Shown here in pieces: positions 13,301 to 22,475 of a stretch of 64,000 bases of DNA. Source of the stretch: Eutreptiella sp. 'Long Island Sound 2002' (taxonomy: Eukaryota; Protista; Euglenida). Location of the stretch: NCBI GenBank assembly GCA_964036045.1, contig OZ038379.1:39122001-39186000 (forward strand). Direction: 5' to 3'. The notes below the pieces were generated by a model. The model had not been told where the DNA came from, made no database searches, and saw only the letters and a program-made list of their open reading frames with translations. How positions within the stretch are numbered: position 1 is the first letter of the stretch; the number at the start of each line of letters is the position of its first letter. Made by a program: the position numbers and the translations under genes.

Positions 13301-15454
13301 AAATGTTTTTGCTGAAATGGAAATGGGCAAAAATTAGCCCACAACAAACAACTCCGTTATCGTAAATGTGGCAACGAATGGGATAGGCAAGCTAGGACTC
13401 CTACTAATTTGATGAATTGTTCTTCTGTTGTTGCGGACCGCCATTTGGTCCACCTTGTCAATTAAGATATTCGGATGATAGGAAAGTCAACGTCCCACCA
13501 AAAGCAGCAAACACCCAATAGCATGAATTTAACGAGGAAAACATTTAGAATTTCCCTTAAAATTGGTTTTAGGCAGGCTTCCTAAGTCCGAATATTTTGG
13601 ACGAACATACCTTCTCCCCTATTCCTCGCTCTCTTCAATACACATTCATCAATTCGACGAGTTAGGCAAATTTTAACGGTTTTATAAGGTCGAGCGATGT
13701 GTTGCCTCTCATCGTGCTGCAAGGTCAAACATTCAAAAGATATGAATAATGATAATGCGCTGTTATGTTCTTCTTTTCGACAAGCAGCCAACACGTGCAT
13801 GGATGTGCAAACACAGCACTACGTAGTTGGTCGACGACTCACCCATTGCTTAGCGAAACCAGCCCTTCGTTCCGGCAACGAGATCGTCGAAGAAGCTGTG
13901 GTTGGGGGCAAAAGCGAGAATCTCGTAAGATAGTGTGTTGCACTGCGGTACGATAAATGACCAAGGAAAAGTTGGCATCATCCGGGGATGTAATGCCCAT
14001 TGTTCCCACGTTGGTGTGCCGTGATGGAGACAATTGTCTTCAATATCTATGGAACCCTCCGTGTTCAAGTTATGCCACAAGCATCACATGGTGTGCAAAC
14101 TTTTAAAATTTGCGGATCTTGCATTTTGCGAAGACCCCCATATTGGAATGAATTTTTTGCGATTTTTTTTTTCAGTTTTGACCGCATAAATTTGAATGGT
14201 CGGCCAAAAATTTAATGTTTTTGCGATTGTTTTTGCACTTTGCATTCAAAAATATAATTAGTGCATCCAATTGAATTGCAGATTCGTGCGGGATCACAGA
14301 GAAAAAAATGTGGCTGAGTGAAGTTTATGGAAATGGTGCCGAATACAGGAAAGGAAAACACACAAAGGAGATGTGGAATGAGAAATACCAGTTACTTGAT
14401 GCGCGGAATCAATTAAATTTTTGCAATTCTTCTGATTTTTGTGTTTTCGTTTTGATTGTATTGGTCAAATTTTTTTTTTTTGTCGGATGGGACCAATTTT
14501 ATGTGCACAACCTACCCGGAAAATTTTTTAATTTTAAAATAACCAAAGTTTGCACGGTATGGAACAACCTGGGCTCCGTAGCATGCTTGTAGGTACCGAA
14601 TGCGATCGCTATCACGATCAATGACTAGTCAGCTCAAGGTGCAACAAGACCCAATCGCCTTCGATACTTGTTGTCCATCTAATTTGCCCTTCCTGAATAT
14701 ATATTAAGGTTCCACAACAATTCTACGAGTACCCTTGCCCGCTCTGTGAGGCATGGTGCACGGGGATTTGCAAGTCGCGCTAGTGCCAGAACCCGTCATT
14801 GATGGCGACTCAAGACCTCTGCAATCACTTAACGGCCATGTATTGCACTGCGCACATGACGTGCGCAGTGCATTGGCCTCGTTGCGGTGGCATGTTGCAG
14901 CTATTCTTGCCCTAGTGACCCAGATTAAAGCCAATATAGTTAACGTCTGGTGAAAAGTTAATGACATTAATGCAAAGGTTTATGTTTTTGCCTGATTTTT
15001 GGGGGTACATAGGGGAACTTTCTACCCCTGCCGCGTGCCTTGCGTTTTCAGTGGTCATTTCCTTCCGGGGTTTGGGCTTTGGGCTTTGGGCTGTCTTTCC
15101 CAGTCCGAAGAAGGCCTTATGGGCCCACAGGCTGCCTCTACGGGGATGCCAGGCACAAGCCCACCTCACACACCCTGCAGCCACCCGGCTGGAGAGCGGG
15201 GCATACGCCTCCTAGTGCGGTTGTGCTGTCACGGCGTCATGGTGTTGTGCGGGTCCTTTGGCCACGTGCAAGTGACGAGACCAGGGGGGCAGACGTAGAG
15301 GAGGGGGGACCACCTGCCGGGGTCTTTCGGGTTCCTAGTTCCCTTGGTCTCCGACGTCAAGTCCTCCCCCGTCACCCGAGGGAGGATGCTTCCCCTAGAA
15401 AGAAAGAAGCAGGGAGCGTAAAGCATGGTCGGATCGCCGACTGACATGCCAAGG

Positions 15455-15525
15455 GAAGGAGGATTCGAACCCAAGACCTGCTACACGGTATCGCGCTGGG
15501 TTGCCGCTAGACCACACAACCAGCG
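15455..15525 (-). other. tRNA-derived Pol III head (A box + B box), not a functional tRNA
   Basis: TGGTCTAGCGG (15514-15504) and GGTTCGAATCC (15471-15461) at tRNA-like spacing. No pairing acceptor stem. Confidence 0.65.
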
Positions 15526-15545
15526 ACCTGTAGGGAGGGCCAGGG

Positions 15546-15660
15546 TCTTAGCTCAGCCGTGCCTGAGCTTTGGTTTTGCTCGTCGGGTGGTGTGTGTGTG
15601 TGCATGCGTGTGTGCAGTGAGCCTCTGTACTTGTAGAGCATTTTTGCTTGTTGCCAGCAG
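15546..15660 (+). repeat. Split direct repeat A1
   Basis: Identical to 21648-21762. Confidence 0.95.
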
Positions 15661-15716
15661 ACCATAGGTGGTCACACGTAGAGCCTGCTCCGTGACACTT
15701 TGGAACGACCCGGTCT

Positions 15717-16772
15717 GTGAATATGTCAGTTGACGATTTTGCCGTCTTCGCGAAGGGAACAATTTGTTCCCAGTTCATTGATAGCGTTCCCATGCTAGAG
15801 ATAGCCAGGGCTGCCTCGCAGGTGGAGATGAAGCTGTCGGTGGTGCTGGAACGCAGGCCAGAGTGGGAGGCTAGTTTCGTCGCCAAGTACGGAGTCGAGT
15901 TGGGGGAGGTGGGGCTGGTGAAGATGATCGCCTCGTATTGCGTCATGGCCCAGTGCGACCTGGATGTGGCGTCGCTGGGCTTTGTCAAGGTGGAGGTACC
16001 ACCCCAACAGCCGCAGACGGTGTCGCCAGAGCTTCAGGAGCTCAAGCAGTTGGTTCAGGGACAGGCCCTTGTGATGGAGGGCCTGCGCAAGCAGTTGGAG
16101 GCGGTCAGTGCCAAGGCCGAGGCGGAGTCCAAGAGGAAAATGGCGAAGGTCCCGCCGCTGTGTAAAGCGGAAATCGTGAAGGTGAGGGAGTTGGATTCTA
16201 AGCCCCAGTGGATCTTCGCCAGCCTTCTCGCGCTGTCCACCTTGTTGTGGCGCAGGGAGGTGCCCCAACACGAATACGTCTCCAAGTACAAGGACAAGGA
16301 AAAGTTCACGGACGCCATCCTGGACGAGCTGGCGCCGGTGGTGGACGCGGACTCCGCGGACACGGAAGTGTGGCAGCTGGAGTCCATGGATGATGACGAA
16401 CTTACGCGCCTTCGGAGTTTTGTCCAGGCGGTCTGGACGTTCACGGTGACTAGCCTGTCGGCGTACAGGGGCAAGAAGGGCTTGGACCCCGGACCGGTCG
16501 GCGAGGGGTCGGACGCGGCCGAGGACGCGTCCGATGTGCCTGTGCTGTCCGCTGGTTGTACGGGAGCGGCGGAGGAGGAGGTGGTGGGGCGGCGGCTGCA
16601 AGCCATGAAGGGTAAGTTCCGCGTTGAGGGGGGCCGCCGCCTGTACACCGCCAAGCCGGGCGCCGAGCCGATGGACGTCACCAATGCCCCGGTGACAGCG
16701 TGTCGGGCATGCAAGAACGCTGGGAGGGGAGTGAAACGGCATTGGTTTCACGAGTGCCCCGGCTTTGACTGA
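15717..16772 (+). CDS. Gag-like protein (351 aa) with coiled coil and C-terminal CxxC..H..C knuckle
   Basis: First ORF of the element. Ends ACRACKNAGRGVKRHWFHECPGFD*. A homologous C-terminus occurs at ~63180-63260. Confidence 0.75.
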   Translation: MNMSVDDFAVFAKGTICSQFIDSVPMLEIARAASQVEMKLSVVLERRPEWEASFVAKYGVELGEVGLVKMIASYCVMAQCDLDVASLGFVKVEVPPQQPQTVSPELQELKQLVQGQALVMEGLRKQLEAVSAKAEAESKRKMAKVPPLCKAEIVKVRELDSKPQWIFASLLALSTLLWRREVPQHEYVSKYKDKEKFTDAILDELAPVVDADSADTEVWQLESMDDDELTRLRSFVQAVWTFTVTSLSAYRGKKGLDPGPVGEGSDAAEDASDVPVLSAGCTGAAEEEVVGRRLQAMKGKFRVEGGRRLYTAKPGAEPMDVTNAPVTACRACKNAGRGVKRHWFHECPGFD

Positions 16773-19700
16773 TGGGGAAGCTGCCCCATCCGGCCCATCC
16801 CTCCCGAGCCCCGGGGGGCCTTGGTGGTTCTCGGACCGTCGGACTTCCGGGATGGCGAGGACGTGGTCTGGCGCCTGGTGTGGGCAGCGTGGAGACGGAT
16901 ATGGAAGGAGGATGAGATCACCTCCGTGGACGCCCTGCAGGCATCCTCCTGGGCAAAAAGCACCATGGGTACGTATTGTACCCACTTCCGCAAGATGGCC
17001 CTCTGGGTGGGCTACACGCCCACATCCGAGCTTGAACGAGCGGCGTGCCGCTACATTTTCCAGTTATGGGGACTGGGGTACTCGGGAAGCTCCCTCAAGG
17101 TCGCAGTGTCGGCGTTCCGGGCGCTGGAGGACATGGGATGGCTGCCCGCGTTCGTCAGTCGCCGGGTCTGGCGCTGTGCCAAGTGGGCGCCCACGGAGCC
17201 GGCCCTGCGGCCCTACGCGGGTTTGGACGACCTCCGCAACTTCGCGCTGGCTTGCACGGAGCGACCGCAGTGGACCGTCTATGGGATGGCAGTCCTGGCA
17301 TTCACCTGCCTTCTGCGGGTGGGTGAGGCCGCGCCCCTCCGTCGGGGGGGATCCCGGTGTCGGGGATTGGCGTTCCGCACGGTCAAGGTGGCGCCGCGCA
17401 TCGTGCGCAGGCGACTCGGGAAGTATGCCCAAGAGTGGCTGGGCTGGCTCGATGCCACGGGGGCCACGTCTGCTGTCGTCGGAGCGCAATTCTGTCCGCA
17501 GGGACCAGCTTTCATGCAGTCGGTCATGGCTGCCGCGTTGGGGGGCAGCGACAACCCCCACGCCAGGTGGCACGCATGGAGGCGAGGGGGCTCCGCGGCC
17601 CTGCGATGGTTGGGGCTGCCCATCAAGTGGCTGGCTTGGTGGGGGCGGTGGCTTTCGGAGACGGTGGCAGTCCACTACGCCGACGCGCCCGACGACTTCG
17701 TCGTCACGACCGAGGCTGTCCTCCCCTGGCCCCCTGATAACCATGCAGGAGAGTTCGTTTGGCGCGCCGTGTCCCTCCGGGACGTTTTCCCGAAGGAGCT
17801 CCTGGAGCTCTGTGCCCCTGATGCCGATGAGCCCCCACAATGGGGAGGTGACGGGGATGGGTCGGCAGGAGGTCGGGGTGGATCGTGCCCTGGGGAGTCC
17901 GCGAGTCCTGCCGCTGCGGAAACTGCTGGGAGGGAGGACCGGGCTGGCGCACGTGACCCGGGGGCCCCTCCGGCCCTTACGGCTGTTGAGGGGTCCTCAG
18001 GACGCGGGCGCCGGCCGCGGGGGGACGGGGGGGGGGAAGTCATTGATGTGGATGCAGACCCCCCACCTGCCTCCGCAGCAGGCTCCTCCATCAGGCGGCT
18101 GCGCATCGCGGCCCGCAGGACGGGTGAGGTCGCGTCCGTCTTGGGCAAGCGGAAGGCCGCGGGCCCGGCCAGGATTGTGGGTGCGGCTGCCCGAACGGCA
18201 ATTTCCCGTCGCGTCGGAGCTGGGTCAGTGGGTGCGGGAGCGCCTTCGGACCGGTGAGTGGGACGCCTGGTTGTGCTCCCTGCGGGCTTGTCTGCCCCGC
18301 GCACCGCCTGGTTTACTGGAGCGTCGCCTGTTGCAGTTTCTGGAGTGGGGCAGTGAAGCTGCCCGTGATCTCAGACAGCCGGAGTTTCTGCGAGTCTTGG
18401 CTGTGGCTTTGTCCTCATTTAGCCCTGAGGTTTGGGAGTCGCTCTTGCATGATTCGACGTCGCCCAAATTGCTTATGCAGCGTATCAGGGAGGAGGTATT
18501 GGCGCGGGGTTTGGGGCCGGTGGGGCATGTGGATATCCCCCGCGAGGTCTGGGATAGTTGTGTGCCGGACGGCTTCGCAGAATTGGTAGGCAGGCAGTTT
18601 TCTGGGATAATTCCCCCATCGGATGAGGCGGTGGTCATGATGAGGGCATTGCGGGACCAGGGTTTGCTTTTCCCCCTGCCGCCGGGGTCACCTGGGCCCA
18701 ATGGGGGTGTTTTTGCGATACCCAAGACGGAGGAGAAGTGCAGTTTGATTGTCAATCTGGTGCCCCTTAATGAGGAGATGCGGTCTCGGCCGGAGAAGTT
18801 CTCCCTCCCCTCTGTGGAGGTGTTGGCCCTTTTGGCGCAGGTGGCTCAGCAAGGGTCCTCCTTTTTCCTCCCCTCTTTTTATGCCCGAGCGCGTTGCATG
18901 AGGCCGGTGTGGGATATTCTGTCCCTGCCGGGGGGGGGGGGGGAAGAGCTGTGCATGTGCCACATCGACCTGAGTAATTGCTTTTGGTCACTTCAGCTGC
19001 CGCGCGAGTTCTGGGGGGCCTTTCGCGTCTCGGATGGAGAGGGGGGGGTGTTGGCTTTCCGGTGCTTGCCCTTTGGGTGGAAGTACAGCCCCCTCCTGTG
19101 CCAGCGAGTGTTAGAGGGTCTGGTGGCCGGCGCGGGGCTGTTGGGGGTGCTGGTTTTAATTTACTTGGATGATGTCCTGGTTGTGGGGCGCGGCCGCGCG
19201 CGTGTGCGAGAGCAGACGGCAAGGGCGGCGGAGGCGTTGCGCCGTGCAGGTGCTGTAGTCAGCCCAAAGAGTACGTTAGAGCCTGTGCAGCGGCTGGTGT
19301 GGCTGGGGAAGGATATTGATTTGCAGGGGGGAGAGGTGCGGACTGCTGGCAACGCGTGGGAAGCTCTGTTTGCGCATTGGTTGAGGTTGTCTGTGGGACC
19401 CTGTAGGGTGAAACGGCTGCAGCAGTTCTTGGGGCGGGCACAGTGGATATGTCGCCCGGGTTCTGGGCACAGTCCGCACCTGTCTGGTGTGTGGGCTCAT
19501 GTGCTCTGGGCGCCCCCCCGGCTGCCGTTTACCCCAGTGCGTTTGCTTAAGTCTATGTGCGTGGCGTGCGTGCTTGCCAGGAGGCAATGGTCAGTGGTGT
19601 CCCTCCCCAGGGTGGTGAAGCGGTCGCCGTTGGTTGTTTACGTCGACGCGGCGCTGGACGCGGGTGAATACCGGCTGGGCCTGTTTTCGATGGATGTGGG

Positions 19701-20244
19701 TTCTCGATCGGTTGTGCCCGCGGAGCAACCGCCCAACCAGCAGTGTGCGGAGGCTGCCGCGCTGCTCTGGGGCTTGAAGCTCATCCTCAATGTAGGCGTT
19801 CGGGAGGCCCATTTGTTTGGGGATAATGCGGCGGCGCTAGTGCAGTTCCTTCGGTGTAAAGCCAAGGTGGGGCGTAAATTCCAGCAATCCATTCTGAAGC
19901 GTTTCCGCTACCTGTGGGCGTCGTGCCCAGGCTTCACGGTATATATGCACTGGGTGCGTGGTTCACATAATCCCGCTGATCCTATCAGTAGGTTGAGTGA
20001 CAACTTCAATGGAGATCTGGGTTTGGCGCGCGAGGTGGCGGCGCGCAGGGTTGGGGATCTCTGGGCCTTTCCCGATAGGCGCACGGTTTTTTTGTGGACC
20101 CTGGGGGTGCCTATGGGGCCCTTTGTTCTGCCGCATTCGTGGAGAGCGGGCCTGTGGTCCCCGGGGGGTGGTGAAGGGGGGGCGGAGTTCCACGAGGTTT
20201 TTTTGCAGTACCGCTTGGAGGAGTCGGTGGGTGCAATGACTTGA
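16765..20244 (+). CDS. Reverse transcriptase-RNase H (DIRS type); domains from ~18600, true start uncertain
   Basis: IDLSNCFW, LPFGWKYSP, IYLDD (19159-19173). RNase H motifs YVDAA, QCAEAAAL, FGDNAAAL and NPADPISR. Confidence 0.92.
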   Translation: MTDGEAAPSGPSLPSPGGPWWFSDRRTSGMARTWSGAWCGQRGDGYGRRMRSPPWTPCRHPPGQKAPWVRIVPTSARWPSGWATRPHPSLNERRAATFSSYGDWGTREAPSRSQCRRSGRWRTWDGCPRSSVAGSGAVPSGRPRSRPCGPTRVWTTSATSRWLARSDRSGPSMGWQSWHSPAFCGWVRPRPSVGGDPGVGDWRSARSRWRRASCAGDSGSMPKSGWAGSMPRGPRLLSSERNSVRRDQLSCSRSWLPRWGAATTPTPGGTHGGEGAPRPCDGWGCPSSGWLGGGGGFRRRWQSTTPTRPTTSSSRPRLSSPGPLITMQESSFGAPCPSGTFSRRSSWSSVPLMPMSPHNGEVTGMGRQEVGVDRALGSPRVLPLRKLLGGRTGLAHVTRGPLRPLRLLRGPQDAGAGRGGTGGGKSLMWMQTPHLPPQQAPPSGGCASRPAGRVRSRPSWASGRPRARPGLWVRLPERQFPVASELGQWVRERLRTGEWDAWLCSLRACLPRAPPGLLERRLLQFLEWGSEAARDLRQPEFLRVLAVALSSFSPEVWESLLHDSTSPKLLMQRIREEVLARGLGPVGHVDIPREVWDSCVPDGFAELVGRQFSGIIPPSDEAVVMMRALRDQGLLFPLPPGSPGPNGGVFAIPKTEEKCSLIVNLVPLNEEMRSRPEKFSLPSVEVLALLAQVAQQGSSFFLPSFYARARCMRPVWDILSLPGGGGEELCMCHIDLSNCFWSLQLPREFWGAFRVSDGEGGVLAFRCLPFGWKYSPLLCQRVLEGLVAGAGLLGVLVLIYLDDVLVVGRGRARVREQTARAAEALRRAGAVVSPKSTLEPVQRLVWLGKDIDLQGGEVRTAGNAWEALFAHWLRLSVGPCRVKRLQQFLGRAQWICRPGSGHSPHLSGVWAHVLWAPPRLPFTPVRLLKSMCVACVLARRQWSVVSLPRVVKRSPLVVYVDAALDAGEYRLGLFSMDVGSRSVVPAEQPPNQQCAEAAALLWGLKLILNVGVREAHLFGDNAAALVQFLRCKAKVGRKFQQSILKRFRYLWASCPGFTVYMHWVRGSHNPADPISRLSDNFNGDLGLAREVAARRVGDLWAFPDRRTVFLWTLGVPMGPFVLPHSWRAGLWSPGGGEGGAEFHEVFLQYRLEESVGAMT
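16773..18257 (+). CDS. Tyrosine recombinase, in frame with gag after a single TGA
   Basis: Catalytic set LLRVGE (R), HAWRR (HxxR), WGRW and VHYAD (Y), followed by a low-complexity tail. Confidence 0.9.
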   Translation, partial: WGSCPIRPIPPEPRGALVVLGPSDFRDGEDVVWRLVWAAWRRIWKEDEITSVDALQASSWAKSTMGTYCTHFRKMALWVGYTPTSELERAACRYIFQLWGLGYSGSSLKVAVSAFRALEDMGWLPAFVSRRVWRCAKWAPTEPALRPYAGLDDLRNFALACTERPQWTVYGMAVLAFTCLLRVGEAAPLRRGGSRCRGLAFRTVKVAPRIVRRRLGKYAQEWLGWLDATGATSAVVGAQFCPQGPAFMQSVMAAALGGSDNPHARWHAWRRGGSAALRWLGLPIKWLAWWGRWLSETVAVHYADAPDDFVVTTEAVLPWPPDNHAGEFVWRAVSLRDVFPKELLELCAPDADEPPQWGGDGDGSAGGRGGSCPGESASPAAAETAGREDRAGARDPGAPPALTAVEGSSGRGRRPRGDGGGEVIDVDADPPPASAAGSSIRRLRIAARRTGEVASVLGKRKAAGPARIVGAAARTAISRRVGAGSVGAGAPSDR

Positions 20245-20300
20245 TGTCGTGTAGTGCCGGCGCCTGCTTGTAGAGCTCGTTTCTCTTGGTGCATGTGATC

Positions 20301-20816
20301 ATGACCCGGCGCCGCCGTAACCGCCGTGCGCGTAGCGGCGGGCGGAAGCGGGGCAAGAGCCGCTCGCGCAAGCGTTCGGAGGAGGCCGTTCAGCGGCGCG
20401 CGGCGCGGCGCCGCGCCGCGCTGCGGGAGAAGTTGGGAGCCTTGGTGGGCCGCAGGGCCTGTCACCGGGTGCTCCTCCGGAATGGGGTGCGGCTGTACGT
20501 CGCGTATGGCGTGCCGGAAGATCCCGGGGAGAGGAACGACTTCCTGGGTGCCGCGGCCATGGACATCGCCAAGCGGGTTCGGGGGCAGGCGACGCGGCGC
20601 ACCACCGCGGTTGGGGACCCCGGGGTGAAGCCGGGGGGCAGACACACTTGCGGGGGGATGTGGGATGTGGTGACGGGGTCGAGGGGAGGTCAGAGGGTGG
20701 TGGTGTCGCTGACGGACTGGAACGGGGGTCGTCGTACCCCCGTCCCGTATCTATGGGTGCAGGGGTCTTATCCCTTGGTGGTGAGAATAGCTGGCCACTT
20801 CAGGCCGTTGGTGTAG
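20301..20816 (+). CDS. Accessory ORF4 (171 aa) with Arg-rich N-terminus, function unknown
   Basis: ATG 57 nt after the RT stop. MTRRRRNRRARSGGRKRGKSRSRKR followed by a globular-looking region. Lies inside the element. Confidence 0.55.
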   Translation: MTRRRRNRRARSGGRKRGKSRSRKRSEEAVQRRAARRRAALREKLGALVGRRACHRVLLRNGVRLYVAYGVPEDPGERNDFLGAAAMDIAKRVRGQATRRTTAVGDPGVKPGGRHTCGGMWDVVTGSRGGQRVVVSLTDWNGGRRTPVPYLWVQGSYPLVVRIAGHFRPLV

Positions 20817-21555
20817 TCTGTTTTTTGGGTGGTCAGCCGGTCTCCGAGGGGCTGGGGTGGGAGTGTGCGCTCACCCTTTGCTTTGCGTTCTGTGTCAGGT
20901 CTCTGAGTGCCACCCTGGGATGGCCGGACTGCTTTGCGCCCGGGCATTGCTCGCGCATTTGTGGGCGTTTTTTGGCTTCCACAGCTGCGCCAATGTTCTG
21001 GTTGTTGTGTGTGGCTCGTATTCTCTCTGCGTTTTGGCAGGTCCAGTGTGCGCAGGCGGGAGCCCTCCGGGCGATTGTCGGTAGAGGCGGCCCTGCCCTG
21101 CGTGGATGTCGCGGGCTGATTTTGTGGTTATGGGCCGGGCGTTGGTCCTTTGGCCTGCACCGCTGCCTCTTTGTTGTGGGTCCGGGGTCCATGCATTCTT
21201 AGGGTTGGAGCTGGGTTGGGCGCTGGCCCGCCTTTTTGAGATCTGCTGCGGATCTCAGGGGTGCTGCCCTGGGCTGACCGGGCAGCTCTGCGACAGGGCG
21301 GCAGTGCCTGAAGGTCGCTGTACATTTACCGCTTCCTCATTGGCGGCGGCAGGGGTCGTCCAAGCTCTCTTGGGCTTGGTCTGCGGACGCCTGAAGCCTG
21401 GCGGGTGGCGCCGGTGTGTGCGGGGCGCCTTTGGCGATTTATGTTTGGGGCGGCCGTATACTTCGAGGGTGTGGCGTGCGTTGCGCATGGGAGCCGCTGG
21501 GTCTCAGACCTGGGGGGGGGGGGGGGGGTTATGCGGCAGTTTGGCATGAACGAGA

Positions 21556-21919
21556 CCCACGAGGAGGCGGCACACTGACGAGATGTGCCACAGGAGACGT
21601 GCGTGTTTTGCCTCGTGTTTGCGTGTTTGCTTGTGGTTTTAGCAAAATCTTAGCTCAGCCGTGCCTGAGCTTTGGTTTTGCTCGTCGGGTGGTGTGTGTG
21701 TGTGCATGCGTGTGTGCAGTGAGCCTCTGTACTTGTAGAGCATTTTTGCTTGTTGCCAGCAGCCCACCCGTCCCGCCCAATGACGCTATTTGCGACTTCT
21801 ATTGCCCATACCGGGCTTTTGTGACTGCCCACGAGGAGGCGGCACACTGACGAGATGTGCCACAGGAGACGTGCGTGTTTTGCCTCGTGTTTGCGTGTTT
21901 GCTTGTGGTTTTAGCAAAA
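21556..21919 (+). repeat. Split direct repeats B1-A2-spacer-B2
   Basis: B1 21556-21647, A2 21648-21762, B2 21828-21919. The B1|A2 join (agcaaaa|tcttagc) reproduces the end-to-end circle junction. Confidence 0.95.
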
Positions 21920-22404
21920 GTATAGGGTTGGTGCTGGGGAGGGGCGGAGTTGGTTTGCCAATGCAACTATGTGGTCGCCCATTAGGCTACAAAGGGGGGG
22001 AAAGGAGGGAGCAAGGGGTTAGAGAAGGTAGGGCCACTCGGGTGTCCTCCCCCTTTGTCCGGGGTAGGATACGGCTGCAGCCTGTCGAAAAAAAGGGCGA
22101 GGGGGAGCGAATGCAAGGGCTGGGGAAGGGGGGGTGGGGGGCAGCACCGCTAGATCGCCGGCTCACGTGCTGGGAGGGAGATGAGAGAAGCATAGCACCA
22201 CTTGATCACCAGCTGACGTGCTGGGAGGGAGGTGAGGTAGGGACAGCACCGTCGGACCGCCGGCGGACGTGCTTGGGAGGAGGAGGGTTTGGCGGGGAGG
22301 AGGGGGCGTGCACAGCGATGGGTAGTGGGCTTGGCGGCTGGATGGTGCCGAGAATCAGGAGGGAGGGGGGGACAGTACCGTCGGAACGTTAACTAACATC
22401 TTGG

Positions 22405-22475
22405 GGGAGGGAGGTTTCGAACCCACGATTTGCCACCGGGTAGCGTTGTGGCTTGCCGGGGGCCACACGGCCGGC
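22405..22475 (-). other. Second tRNA-derived head of element X
   Basis: GGTTCGAAACC B box (22423-22413). Aligns over ~110 nt with 15425-15530. The A box is degenerate. Confidence 0.55.

Larger units (their letters stand above)
15546..21919 (+). mobile_element. Complete tyrosine-recombinase (DIRS-order, VIPER/TATE-like gene order) retrotransposon with split direct repeats
   Basis: A1 15546-15660 = A2 21648-21762 (115 bp, identical). B1 21556-21647 = B2 21828-21919 (92 bp, identical). Layout is A1-ORFs-B1A2-spacer-B2, with no TSD and uninterrupted gag, YR and RT/RNaseH ORFs. Confidence 0.95.

Noticed and set aside
13850-14080. KDZ-type transposase fragment (EDNCLHH, VPQC)
   Set aside because: The motif order does not fit and the surrounding frames give no support.
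15455-15525. Functional tRNA gene
   Set aside because: A and B boxes are present, but there is no pairing acceptor stem or clear anticodon arm, and it is embedded in a repeated unit.
15795-16985. 396-aa minus-strand ORF (also 17064..17840 -, 40885..42369 +, 48626..49666 +)
   Set aside because: These are antisense shadows of GC-rich coding or low-complexity sequence with no motifs.
20833-21192. Antisense ORF in the YR element 3' region
   Set aside because: No recognisable motif and no second copy to test conservation. The C/A-rich strand bias explains the open frame.
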